Positions 1-7,725 are shown, counted from the first letter of the stretch. The stretch is DNA of 64,000 nucleotides from Bacteroidales bacterium UBA5429 (GCA_002427605.1 DIRT01000037.1:20073-84072); one strand, 5' to 3'. Notes: generated by a model not told the origin, from the sequence alone. Numbers and translations: made by a program.

Positions 1-1
1 T

Positions 2-286
2 TCAGAGAAGAACTTTCTGGCTGTTTTTGAAGGTGTTCCAATGTTTGAAGTCTCTCGGGATCAGATCGATGCACAAATCTCTATAGTGGACTTTTTAACA
101 GAACAAGCGCCTGTTTTTCAGTCTAAGAGTGAAGTGAGACGGACTCTCAAAGAGAATGCACTTTCAATCAACAAGAGTAAAATAGATGACTCTTTTGTGG
201 TTTCAGCAGATAGTTTGCTGAATAACAAATATATTTTGGTACAAAGAGGAAAGAAAAATTATTATATTATTCGTGTTAATTCATAG
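2..286 (+). CDS. tyrS: tyrosyl-tRNA synthetase, C-terminal end only (gene starts upstream of window)
   Basis: Frame open from base 2; S4-like RNA-binding tail SKSEVRRTLKENALSINKSKI...KYILVQRGKKNYYIIRV as at TyrRS C-termini. Confidence 0.7.
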   Translation, partial: SEKNFLAVFEGVPMFEVSRDQIDAQISIVDFLTEQAPVFQSKSEVRRTLKENALSINKSKIDDSFVVSADSLLNNKYILVQRGKKNYYIIRVNS

Positions 287-289
287 ATT

Positions 290-748
290 ATGGGCTGGTT
301 TGTTATCATTTTTTTAATCGTTTTGGGTGTTCTGGCGTTGATGTTGGAGGTGTTGGTGTTGCCGGGAGGAATTGTGGGAATTATTGGAGCACTTTTTGTT
401 ATTGCCGGAGTAGTACTCTCTTATGTCCATTTCGGTTTGTGGGCAGGGAATATTACTTTGCTGATCACAGCTGTTTTTATTATTGGTACAGTGATTCTCT
501 TTTTACGCTCCAAGACGTGGAAAAAGATGGCACTAACGACTGAAATTGATAGTAAAGTGAATGTACTGCCTTCTGAACTGGAAGTAGGAATGGAGGGGGT
601 AACTATTTCACGTTTGGCACCCGGAGGAAAGGCCCTTTTCGGAGATCAGGAAGTAGAGGTGTTCTCAAACTTAGGCTTTATTGATCAAAATCAAGAGATT
701 GTCATATTTCAAATTGATGAAAATAAAATTATTGTTAAACTTAAATAA
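290..748 (+). CDS. NfeD-family membrane protein
   Basis: N-terminal TM helices then OB-like C-terminus GVTISRLAPGGKALFGDQEVEVFS; lies 6 nt upstream of an SPFH/flotillin gene, the classic NfeD-SPFH pair. Confidence 0.75.
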   Translation: MGWFVIIFLIVLGVLALMLEVLVLPGGIVGIIGALFVIAGVVLSYVHFGLWAGNITLLITAVFIIGTVILFLRSKTWKKMALTTEIDSKVNVLPSELEVGMEGVTISRLAPGGKALFGDQEVEVFSNLGFIDQNQEIVIFQIDENKIIVKLK

Positions 749-754
749 ATATTT

Positions 755-1723
755 ATGGATCCTTTTTCAATTTTGATTATTGTTGCAGTAATCTTTTTAG
801 TATTTTTATTTTTGTGGCTTGTACCACTGGGATTGTGGTTTAATGCCTTGCTTAATGGGGTTAGAATCTCGCTCCTTCAATTGATTTTGATGAGATGGAG
901 AAAAGTACCCCCAAGCATTATTGTAAATGGATTAATTACAGGAACCAAAGCCGGAATCAAGTTAAATAGAGATGAGTTGGAAGCACACTATTTGGCGGGT
1001 GGTCGTGTTCCTGCCGTTATTAATGCATTGATATCTGCGGATAAAGCCAATATCCCTTTGGATTTTAAAGCAGCTACTGCTATTGACTTGGCGGGTAGAG
1101 ATGTTTTGGAAGCAATCCAAACCTCTGTTAATCCAAAAGTGATTGACACTCCTCCTGTTGCTGCTGTTGCGAAGGATGGGATTCAGTTGATTGCCAAGGC
1201 AAGAGTAACCGTGAGAACCAATATCAGACAATTAGTTGGAGGTGCCGGAGAAGAAACCATCGTAGCCCGTGTAGGTGAAGGGATTGTATCTGCTATCGGA
1301 TCTGCAGCTTCACATAAAACGGTGTTGGAAAATCCTGACTCAATTTCTAAGTTGGTGTTGTCCAAAGGGTTAGACTCCGGAACTGCATTTGAAATTCTAT
1401 CTATTGACATTGCTGACGTTGACGTAGGTAAAAACATCGGTGCTATTCTTCAGATGGACCAAGCCAATGCGGATAAAAATATTGCGCAAGCGAAAGCTGA
1501 AGAGAGACGTGCTATGGCAGTTGCAACTGAACAAGAAATGTTGGCTAAAGCGCAAGAAGCCCGTGCGAAAGTGATTTTGGCAGAAGCTGAAATTCCATTG
1601 GCATTGGCAGAAGCTTTTAGAAATGGCAATTTAGGCGTTATGGACTATTACAGATTAGAAAACATCAAAGCGGACACCCAAATGAGAGATTCTATCGGTA
1701 AGCCTAAAAAAGATGGCAAATAG
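755..1723 (+). CDS. floA: flotillin-like protein FloA (SPFH/band-7, UPF0365 family)
   Basis: N-terminal TM, SPFH core, Ala/Glu-rich coiled tail ([37 protein letters not shown]), about 320 aa as in FloA/YqfA. Confidence 0.85.
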   Translation: MDPFSILIIVAVIFLVFLFLWLVPLGLWFNALLNGVRISLLQLILMRWRKVPPSIIVNGLITGTKAGIKLNRDELEAHYLAGGRVPAVINALISADKANIPLDFKAATAIDLAGRDVLEAIQTSVNPKVIDTPPVAAVAKDGIQLIAKARVTVRTNIRQLVGGAGEETIVARVGEGIVSAIGSAASHKTVLENPDSISKLVLSKGLDSGTAFEILSIDIADVDVGKNIGAILQMDQANADKNIAQAKAEERRAMAVATEQEMLAKAQEARAKVILAEAEIPLALAEAFRNGNLGVMDYYRLENIKADTQMRDSIGKPKKDGK

Positions 1724-1750
1724 CGAATAATTTAATTTATCTGTTCGATT

Positions 1751-1797
1751 AGTAGAGACGTTGCACGCATAGAGACGTTGCATGCAACGTCTCTACT
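1751..1797 (+). terminator. GC-rich hairpin after floA, member of the GTAGAGAC...GTCTCTAC hairpin family, with a duplicated left arm
   Basis: Perfect palindrome agagacgttgca/tgcaacgtctct (1771-1794). A second copy of the left arm agtagagacgttgca (1751-1765) can pair with the same right arm (1783-1797). Confidence 0.5.
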
Positions 1798-1846
1798 GAT
1801 TTTGTATTATATTTATTTGTATATCAATGTGTTATAATTTTGATAA

Positions 1847-1867
1847 CGTAATTTGGTAATTCGTAAT
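1847..1867. repeat. short 7-bp-period array (cgtaatt tggtaat tcgtaat)
   Basis: Three heptads in register, same family as the arrays at 2573, 3000 and 6096. Confidence 0.4.
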
Positions 1868-1953
1868 TGTTTTTGTCGTATTTCATTAGTTTCCCAAATA
1901 TCATTGTTGCTTCTAATTCGTAGTCATTGCCATCAGATTTATATTCAATTTGA

Positions 1954-2493
1954 TTAGCAAAAAGTCGTTCTCTTTACTTTAAATGACTTTATACTCTTTT
2001 TCCGTTCATCAATACTTTGTTGACTAAGTTGGTTAATGAAATAGGTCAGTTCTAATTCGTCAATATTTATTTGTCCTAAATACAGGTTGAGATTTTGTGC
2101 TTCTGCAAATTCATTAATTTTTGCAGCCCACTTGTATGGTTTTTTCTTAAAAACGAAAGTGTCGTCAGTTACTAATGAGATAAACTTTTGTCCGCTAATA
2201 TCGAGAAGATATGCTTCAATTATTTGCTCCCATTTTACTTCGTCTTGATTTGTAGTTCTGTCCCAAATGCCATTTTCTGTGATTACAATCTGTGGTCTTC
2301 TGTCGAAAGTATGAAAAAGTCCAACGGGTAAACCAAGTCCAAAAAAGCAAGTGCTTACCCAACCTATAATGTGTTCGGTGCTTCCATAAGGATTGTCTGT
2401 TATCATCCATATTCCAACCGCCACGAATGGTAAGCACATACAGATAGTTTTCAGTCCTTTTGTTGTTGTCTTATATAGTTTAATCTCTGTCAT
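1954..2493 (-). CDS. hypothetical membrane protein (two N-terminal TM helices plus a soluble PH-like tail)
   Basis: 179-aa ORF bounded on both sides by repeat-filled spacers. Function not recognised with confidence. Confidence 0.55.
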   Translation of the reverse strand: MTEIKLYKTTTKGLKTICMCLPFVAVGIWMITDNPYGSTEHIIGWVSTCFFGLGLPVGLFHTFDRRPQIVITENGIWDRTTNQDEVKWEQIIEAYLLDISGQKFISLVTDDTFVFKKKPYKWAAKINEFAEAQNLNLYLGQINIDELELTYFINQLSQQSIDERKKSIKSFKVKRTTFC

Positions 2494-2555
2494 TAACCAC
2501 TCCTATGCCGTTACAGTCGTTTTTAAATATTACCGCCAACCTATATTTTACGCAA

Positions 2556-2563
2556 CAAAAATA
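2556..2563 (-). promoter_or_regulatory. Bacteroidota -7 box TAnnTTTG (tatttttg on minus strand) for 1954-2493
   Basis: Motif match 63 nt upstream of the start codon. Confidence 0.35.
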
Positions 2564-2572
2564 TTAAAAAAA

Positions 2573-2614
2573 GTCGAAAGTCGAAAGTCGAAAGTCGAAA
2601 GTCGGAAGGCGAAA
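2573..2614. repeat. heptad tandem array, gtcgaaa x4 then gtcggaa, ggcgaaa
   Basis: Six consecutive 7-nt units read directly. Confidence 0.9.
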
Positions 2615-2623
2615 GTTTTTTCA

Positions 2624-2644
2624 ATTACGAATTACGAATTACGG
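2624..2644. repeat. heptad tandem array attacga x2 then attacgg
   Basis: Three consecutive 7-nt units. Confidence 0.85.
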
Positions 2645-2649
2645 AACCG

Positions 2650-2703
2650 CAAAATTTTAATTAAACGTGATTGTTGTAGGGACAGGTCGCGATCTGTCCT
2701 GGG
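2650..2703. repeat. repeat module copy 1 (caaaattttaattaaacgtgattgttg) plus degenerate hairpin gtagggacaggtcgcgatctgtcctggg
   Basis: About 85 percent identical over about 30 nt to 2824-2848. Stem ggacag/ctgtcc. Confidence 0.7.
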
Positions 2704-2731
2704 AATAATGAATAAAAATAACGTCACGGTC

Positions 2732-2757
2732 GTAGAGACAGGGCATGCCCTATCTCC
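2732..2757. repeat. degenerate hairpin gtagagacagggcatgccctatctcc
   Basis: Same GTAGAGAC..GCATGC.. design as 1771-1794, with two mismatches in the right arm. Confidence 0.6.
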
Positions 2758-2823
2758 ATGATATTATTATGCAAGACCATTAAAATGGCATTAAATAATT
2801 GATAATCAAGAAATTGCAAATCA

Positions 2824-2870
2824 CAAAATTTGATTAAACGCGATTGTAGGGGCAGGGCTTGTCCCTGCCC
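2824..2870. repeat. repeat module copy 2 (caaaatttgattaaacgcgattg) plus perfect hairpin gggcaggg-cttgt-ccctgccc
   Basis: 8-bp all-GC-rich stem at 2849-2869; flank matches 2650-2676. Confidence 0.75.
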
Positions 2871-2876
2871 TTTGCC

Positions 2877-2939
2877 GAGTGGGGTGATAAAATAACAGAA
2901 AAGTAAAATATGATCTGCCCCCCTATTTTTTTTATTTCA
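2877..2939 (+). repeat. two-box intergenic element, copy C (GAGTGGGG, 30-nt A-rich spacer, CTGCCCCCC, T-run, ATTTCA)
   Basis: Box 1 at 2877-2884, box 2 at 2915-2923, box-to-box offset 38 nt. Confidence 0.8.
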
Positions 2940-2999
2940 AAATAGTATATATGATTAAATTTCAATGGGTTATATTAAAAATAATCCAATGTCAAAATA

Positions 3000-3027
3000 T
3001 CGAAATCCGAAATCCGACATCCGAAAT
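3000..3027. repeat. heptad array tcgaaat ccgaaat ccgacat ccgaaat
   Basis: CG dinucleotide recurs at 3001, 3008, 3015 and 3022. Confidence 0.85.
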
Positions 3028-3122
3028 CAAATTGCAGTACTTCATCTTTACTGATTATTATTATGTAAAACCGGATTCAAATTATAAACGTACCTTTTTT
3101 GTTTTTATTGAAAAAAAAATTA

Positions 3123-3130
3123 TACTTTTG
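3123..3130 (+). promoter_or_regulatory. -7 box TAnnTTTG (tacttttg) for yebC
   Basis: 32 nt upstream of ATG 3162. Confidence 0.55.
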
Positions 3131-3161
3131 CAAATAGAAAAAAACATTATCAATATTTACT

Positions 3162-3872
3162 ATGGGAAGAGCATTTGAATTTAGAAAAGAAAGAAAGTTC
3201 AAACGTTGGGGAAACATGGCAAAGGTTTTCACACGTTTAGGTAGAGAAATTACAATGGCAGCTAAAGCGGGCGGTCCTGACCCGGCGTCAAATGCTAAGC
3301 TGAGATTGTTGATGCAAAATGCACGTTCTGAAAATATGCCTAAAGATAATGTCGAAAGAGCGATTAAAAGAGCATTTGAAAAGGATACTTCAGACTATAA
3401 AGAACATGTATATGAGGGTTATGCACCCTACGGTGTGGCGATATTAATTGAAGCTGCAACAGATAATAACCAGAGAACAGTTGCCAATGTGAGAAGTTAT
3501 TTCAATAAACATAACGGCTCTCTGGGAACGCACGGGATGCTTGATTTTATCTTTGATCGTAAATGTAGATTTACGGTTGCGATGAAAGAAAATCTGGATC
3601 TGGAAGAACTGGAGTTGGAATTGATCGACTTTGAGGTTGAAGAGGTTTTTGAAGATGATGGAGATATTCATATCTATGCTGATTTTCAAAGCTTTGGACC
3701 AATTCAAAAGTATTTGGAAGAGAATGAGTTTGATATCAAAGAGTTTAAATTTGAAAGAATTCCGAACGATTTTAAAGAGGTAGATGAAGAACAAAGAGCA
3801 GAAATTGAAAAATTATTGGAAAAGATTGAAGAGGATGACGATGTAACACAAGTATTTCATAATATGGCCTAA
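3162..3872 (+). CDS. yebC: YebC/PmpR-family transcriptional regulator
   Basis: MGRAFEFRKERKFKRWGNMAKVFTRLGREITMAAKAGGPDPASNAKLR is the family N-terminus; 236 aa. Confidence 0.93.
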   Translation: MGRAFEFRKERKFKRWGNMAKVFTRLGREITMAAKAGGPDPASNAKLRLLMQNARSENMPKDNVERAIKRAFEKDTSDYKEHVYEGYAPYGVAILIEAATDNNQRTVANVRSYFNKHNGSLGTHGMLDFIFDRKCRFTVAMKENLDLEELELELIDFEVEEVFEDDGDIHIYADFQSFGPIQKYLEENEFDIKEFKFERIPNDFKEVDEEQRAEIEKLLEKIEEDDDVTQVFHNMA

Positions 3873-3906
3873 ATAATTAATCACTAACTTTTAATTTTAA
3901 TTGACC

Positions 3907-4518
3907 ATGTATTACTACAAGTTTCGAGTTACTTATGATCACGTTGAGGATTTTGTGAGAGATATTGAGATCCTCGCTTCAGACCATTTTGAATCCTTCC
4001 ATCATATCCTGTTTGAATCAATAGGATTGGTAGGAAATGAGTTGGCATCCTTCTATATTTGTGATGCTAAGTGGAATAAGAAAAAGGAGATTACACTGAT
4101 TGATATGCATGATGATCAGGATGTGGAAGAGCCTGAATATGAGGATGATGACGATTATTCGGCTAAATCTAACATCCCGAAGTTTATCATGAAAGATTCG
4201 CTGTTGAAAGATTTTATTACCGATCCACATCAGCAGATTATTTATGAATATGATTTTCTGGATCCCTATATATTTTACATTGAATTGTTGAAGGCAGCAC
4301 CTGCTACAGAGGGTGTTGAGTACCCAAGATGTACCAAGAAGGAAAAAGAGATGCAACTGAAAATCGTACATTCAAAATTATTGGAAGATTTAGCAGGATT
4401 GGAGATTCATGAAAAGGGAGATCTTGACGATCTTGATGATCTTGATGATTTGGATAACAGTTTTGACGATGATGATTTCGCCGATTTTGAACAGTTTGAC
4501 CCTTCAGACAAGTTCTAA
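3907..4518 (+). CDS. hypothetical acidic protein with DLDDLDDLDDLD tail (possibly PRiA4b-ORF3-like fold)
   Basis: ATG at 3907 (the track start 3901 is TTG); C-terminal third is Asp/Glu rich. Confidence 0.65.
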   Translation: MYYYKFRVTYDHVEDFVRDIEILASDHFESFHHILFESIGLVGNELASFYICDAKWNKKKEITLIDMHDDQDVEEPEYEDDDDYSAKSNIPKFIMKDSLLKDFITDPHQQIIYEYDFLDPYIFYIELLKAAPATEGVEYPRCTKKEKEMQLKIVHSKLLEDLAGLEIHEKGDLDDLDDLDDLDNSFDDDDFADFEQFDPSDKF

Positions 4519-5374
4519 TCAACCTACTCTTTGTGTTATTACCGGTCCTACAGCAGTAGGAAAAACCGACTTTGCTATCGAACTGGCGCTCCACTTTGAT
4601 ACGGTGATTATTTCTGCCGACTCCAGACAGTTTTATCGGGAAATGTCTATTGGGACGGCGTTTCCTACGGAGGAGCAACAGAGTAAAGTAAAGCATTACT
4701 TCATAGGTCATAAATCGATTCAGGATTATTACAGTGTTTCAAAATATGAACAGGATGTTCTGGAACTGTTGCCCTCTCTGTTTGAGCAACATCCGGTGGT
4801 AGTGATGACCGGCGGCAGCGGACTCTATATCGATGCGGTTTGCTACGGGATTGATCTTTTACCGGATCCCGATCCGGTGGTAAGAGAAGAGTTGACCCGG
4901 GTTTTTGAAAAGGAGGGAGTGGAAGGATTGAGACAACGGATTAAAAAATTGGATCCGCATTATTATCAAACCAGTGATATTGCCAACCATAAAAGATTGT
5001 TGCGTGCCCTGGAGGTGACAATCCAAACAGGAATTCCCTATTCCCAGATGATTACCGGAAAAGCAAAGGAGAGAAATTTTAATATCCAAAAGTTTTACCT
5101 CAACAGACCCAGAGCAGAACTTTTTGAAAGGATTAATTTCAGAGTGGATCAGATGATGCAGGCAGGATTACTGGATGAGGTTCAGCAACTTTATTCTTAC
5201 AAAGATTTAAATGCCTTGAATACTGTAGGTTACAAAGAGCTTTTCACCTATTTAGATGGAAAATATTCTCTGGAACAGGCAGTTGAAAAGATTAGGGTTA
5301 ACACCCGGCGTTATGCCAAACGACAATTAACCTGGTTTAAAAGAGATTCTTCTTATCATGAAGTAAAAATATAA
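4469..5374 (+). CDS. miaA: tRNA dimethylallyltransferase
   Basis: P-loop ITGPTAVGKT, family-typical RQFYREMSIGTA and TRRYAKRQLTWFKR. Start uncertain (ATG 4469/4472 or TTG 4496); the track start 4409 is inside the previous gene. Confidence 0.9.
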   Translation: MMISPILNSLTLQTSSNQPTLCVITGPTAVGKTDFAIELALHFDTVIISADSRQFYREMSIGTAFPTEEQQSKVKHYFIGHKSIQDYYSVSKYEQDVLELLPSLFEQHPVVVMTGGSGLYIDAVCYGIDLLPDPDPVVREELTRVFEKEGVEGLRQRIKKLDPHYYQTSDIANHKRLLRALEVTIQTGIPYSQMITGKAKERNFNIQKFYLNRPRAELFERINFRVDQMMQAGLLDEVQQLYSYKDLNALNTVGYKELFTYLDGKYSLEQAVEKIRVNTRRYAKRQLTWFKRDSSYHEVKI

Positions 5375-5379
5375 GTAGT

Positions 5380-6099
5380 ATGACAGATTGGTTATCCAGA
5401 ACGGAACTTTTGTTGGGAACGGAAAATTTACTTAAGCTGCAATCGAAACATGTGTTGGTAGTAGGTTTGGGTGGAGTGGGAGCTTATGCAGCCGAACAGA
5501 TTTGTCGTGCCGGAGTGGGAGAGATGACCATCGTGGATGCGGATGTGATTGAAGAGACCAATATCAATCGCCAATTGATTGCGCTTCACAATGCTGTTGG
5601 ACAGGCTAAAACCGATCTTTTAGCTGAGCGGTTACTCCAGATTAATCCCAACCTGAAACTCCACAAATTACACGAATTTATTCGCGATGACCGGGCGGTG
5701 ACGCTTTTGGAAGAGCATCAGTACGATTACGTGGTAGATGCTATCGATTCTTTGTCGCCCAAGGTGTTTTTTATATACCATACCTTACAAAAAGGGCTGC
5801 CGTTGATCTCCGCCATGGGTGCGGGTGGCAAGATGGATCCTGCACAAATTCGGGTTGCACCCATCGAGAAAACCTCTCACTGTAAATTAGCTCATTTTGT
5901 ACGAAAACGGCTTCATCGCATGGGAGTTCGTTCCGGATTCAAAGCGGTTTATTCTCCCGAACCGGTTCCCGACCATGCCATTCAGATCGACTCCAATCCC
6001 GAGCAAAATAAACTCTCCGTAGTGGGCACTATCTCCTACATGCCCCCTTTGTTTGGCTGTTTTATGGCAGCAGAAGTAATCCGCGATCTTATCAAGTAA
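5380..6099 (+). CDS. tcdA: tRNA threonylcarbamoyladenosine dehydratase (ThiF/E1-like)
   Basis: VVGLGGVGAYAAEQICRAGVGEMTIVDADVIEETNINRQ nucleotide-binding motif; 239 aa. Confidence 0.88.
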   Translation: MTDWLSRTELLLGTENLLKLQSKHVLVVGLGGVGAYAAEQICRAGVGEMTIVDADVIEETNINRQLIALHNAVGQAKTDLLAERLLQINPNLKLHKLHEFIRDDRAVTLLEEHQYDYVVDAIDSLSPKVFFIYHTLQKGLPLISAMGAGGKMDPAQIRVAPIEKTSHCKLAHFVRKRLHRMGVRSGFKAVYSPEPVPDHAIQIDSNPEQNKLSVVGTISYMPPLFGCFMAAEVIRDLIK

Positions 6100-6214
6100 G
6101 AAGTAAGAAGTAATTTCATATTTCGCATTTCGGATTTCGTAATTGAATTCCGCCTTCCGCCTTCCGATTTCCGCCTTCATTATAATTCTAATTTCTACCT
6201 TCTAAATTCTAAAT
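6096..6214. repeat. 17-heptad degenerate tandem array in perfect 7-nt register
   Basis: gtaagaa gtaagaa gtaattt catattt cgcattt cggattt cgtaatt gaattcc gccttcc gccttcc gatttcc gccttca ttataat tctaatt tctacct tctaaat tctaaat. Starts at the tcdA stop codon. Confidence 0.9.
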
Positions 6215-6220
6215 TTTTTA

Positions 6221-6228
6221 TATCTTTG
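6221..6228 (+). promoter_or_regulatory. -7 box tatctttg for the DUF2851 gene
   Basis: 21 nt upstream of ATG 6249. Confidence 0.55.
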
Positions 6229-6248
6229 CGGAACTAAATATTACTGCC

Positions 6249-7592
6249 ATGATCTCTGAAGCACTCCTCCACTACGCATGGAAACACTCGATCTATTCCC
6301 ATTTCGATTTCAAAACCAGCGATGGTCAGCCATTGCAAATTATTCATCCCGGATTGCCACACCAGGATGCCGGACCCGATTTTAAGCAAGCTGTGATTAA
6401 AATCGGAGATCTGCTGTGGACCGGCAACGTGGAGATTCACGTTAAAAGTTCCGATTGGTTGAAGCACCGACATCATGAGGATGCAAAGTATGAAACCGTC
6501 ATTTTGCATGTTGTTTACGAGCATGATTATGAAATAAATTATAAAGGGGGGAGTCCAATTCCCACTTTTGAGTTAAAGAATCACCTCTCCTCTCAACTGA
6601 TAGAGCGCTATACTCAACTCATGCTCTCCACTTCGCCTCTCCCTTGTGCGCAGTTCGTTCAAAACCTCAAAGCCCATCAGCCCGACTACTATCGCTTGAT
6701 ATTTCACTCATTGTACGCGCGTCTCATTCTGGAAAGACTGGAACAGCGGAGTAAGGATATCTTTGCGACCTTAAATCAGGTATCCGGCGATTGGAATGAA
6801 ACTCTGTTCAGACTGCTGACCGCCAACTTCGGGTTTAAAACAAACCGCGATGCTTTTGTACTTTTAGCGCAATCGATTCCCTACAAAGTAATCCAGAAAC
6901 ATGCTACCAATCAGCTGCAAATAGAAGCTATTCTGTTCGGACAAGCCGGTTTACTGGAAGAACCGTTGGATGATCCTTATTATGTAACATTGCAAGAGGA
7001 GTATGAATATTTGCGGCGGAAAGAGAGATTGCATCCTATTCATTCCAAGAATTGGAACTTATTGCGATTGAGACCTCAAAACTTTCCTTGTATGCGTTTG
7101 GCACAGCTGAGTGCTATTCTGTATCGATATCCGAACCTGTTTACTAAGATTGAACAGCATACCGAAATAGCTCAATTTGCAGAAATTTTCTCCATACCTG
7201 CCAACTCTTACTGGGAAACTCACTATCAATTTGGAAAAGAGAGCAAAAAACATGCCACAACGATTGGAGAAAATACGTTTCAACTTCTGATTATCAACAC
7301 GATTATTCCGGCGTTGTACGTTTATGGAATCTTCTCGGGAAAAGAAGAATTAAGTGACAGAGCAATAGATCTGCTTGCGCAAATGGAAGCGGAGGATAAT
7401 CGTATTATCCGGTTTTATCGCGAGAATCACTTCGAAATCAGCAATGGGATGGAATCGCAGGCGGTATTGGAACTCTCTAAGAGATATTGTCAGCACAAGC
7501 AGTGCCTCTCTTGTAGTTTGGGCTCCAAAATTGTTTCTGAGGATGATATTTTCTACGCCGGCACACCACAGAGGAAACGACCCACTGAATAG
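6249..7592 (+). CDS. DUF2851-family protein
   Basis: N-terminus EALLHYAWKH...GLPHQDAGPDFKQAVIKIGDLLWTGNVEIHVKSSDWLKHRHH matches my memory of DUF2851. Confidence 0.75.
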   Translation: MISEALLHYAWKHSIYSHFDFKTSDGQPLQIIHPGLPHQDAGPDFKQAVIKIGDLLWTGNVEIHVKSSDWLKHRHHEDAKYETVILHVVYEHDYEINYKGGSPIPTFELKNHLSSQLIERYTQLMLSTSPLPCAQFVQNLKAHQPDYYRLIFHSLYARLILERLEQRSKDIFATLNQVSGDWNETLFRLLTANFGFKTNRDAFVLLAQSIPYKVIQKHATNQLQIEAILFGQAGLLEEPLDDPYYVTLQEEYEYLRRKERLHPIHSKNWNLLRLRPQNFPCMRLAQLSAILYRYPNLFTKIEQHTEIAQFAEIFSIPANSYWETHYQFGKESKKHATTIGENTFQLLIINTIIPALYVYGIFSGKEELSDRAIDLLAQMEAEDNRIIRFYRENHFEISNGMESQAVLELSKRYCQHKQCLSCSLGSKIVSEDDIFYAGTPQRKRPTE

Positions 7593-7698
7593 GTTCGTTG
7601 TTTGCGATAGTCAGCAGTGTAATACCCTTCCTTCCCCCCTTTTTTTATTAAATCAAAATAAAAAGAATAAAAATTAGGTTATTAATCATTTATTTTTG

Positions 7699-7706
7699 TA
7701 TTTTTG
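7699..7706 (+). promoter_or_regulatory. -7 box tatttttg (tandem duplicate at 7691-7698)
   Basis: 20 nt upstream of ATG 7726. Confidence 0.5.
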
Positions 7707-7725
7707 CAGAATCATATTGTTAGCA

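Noticed and set aside
962-1437. Antisense ORFs inside floA (962-1231, 1183-1437), and the many similar 60-135-aa ORFs opposite real genes throughout the track (for example 3444-3794, 4018-4371, 4304-4711, 26576-26968, 29902-30249, 51367-51965)
   Set aside because: They lie fully inside strongly supported genes on the other strand, have odd composition (Cys/His/Arg-rich or low complexity) and no recognisable motifs.
2573-3027. CRISPR interpretation of the short tandem arrays (also 6096-6214)
   Set aside because: Units are 7 nt with no unique spacers and there are no cas genes. These are microsatellite-like arrays.
2393-3178. ORFs 2393-2761 and 2951-3178 in the repeat island
   Set aside because: Their sequences are literal translations of heptad arrays and hairpins (KVESRKSKVESRKAKV, EIRNPTSEIK). 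They have no start context, and one overlaps the yebC start.
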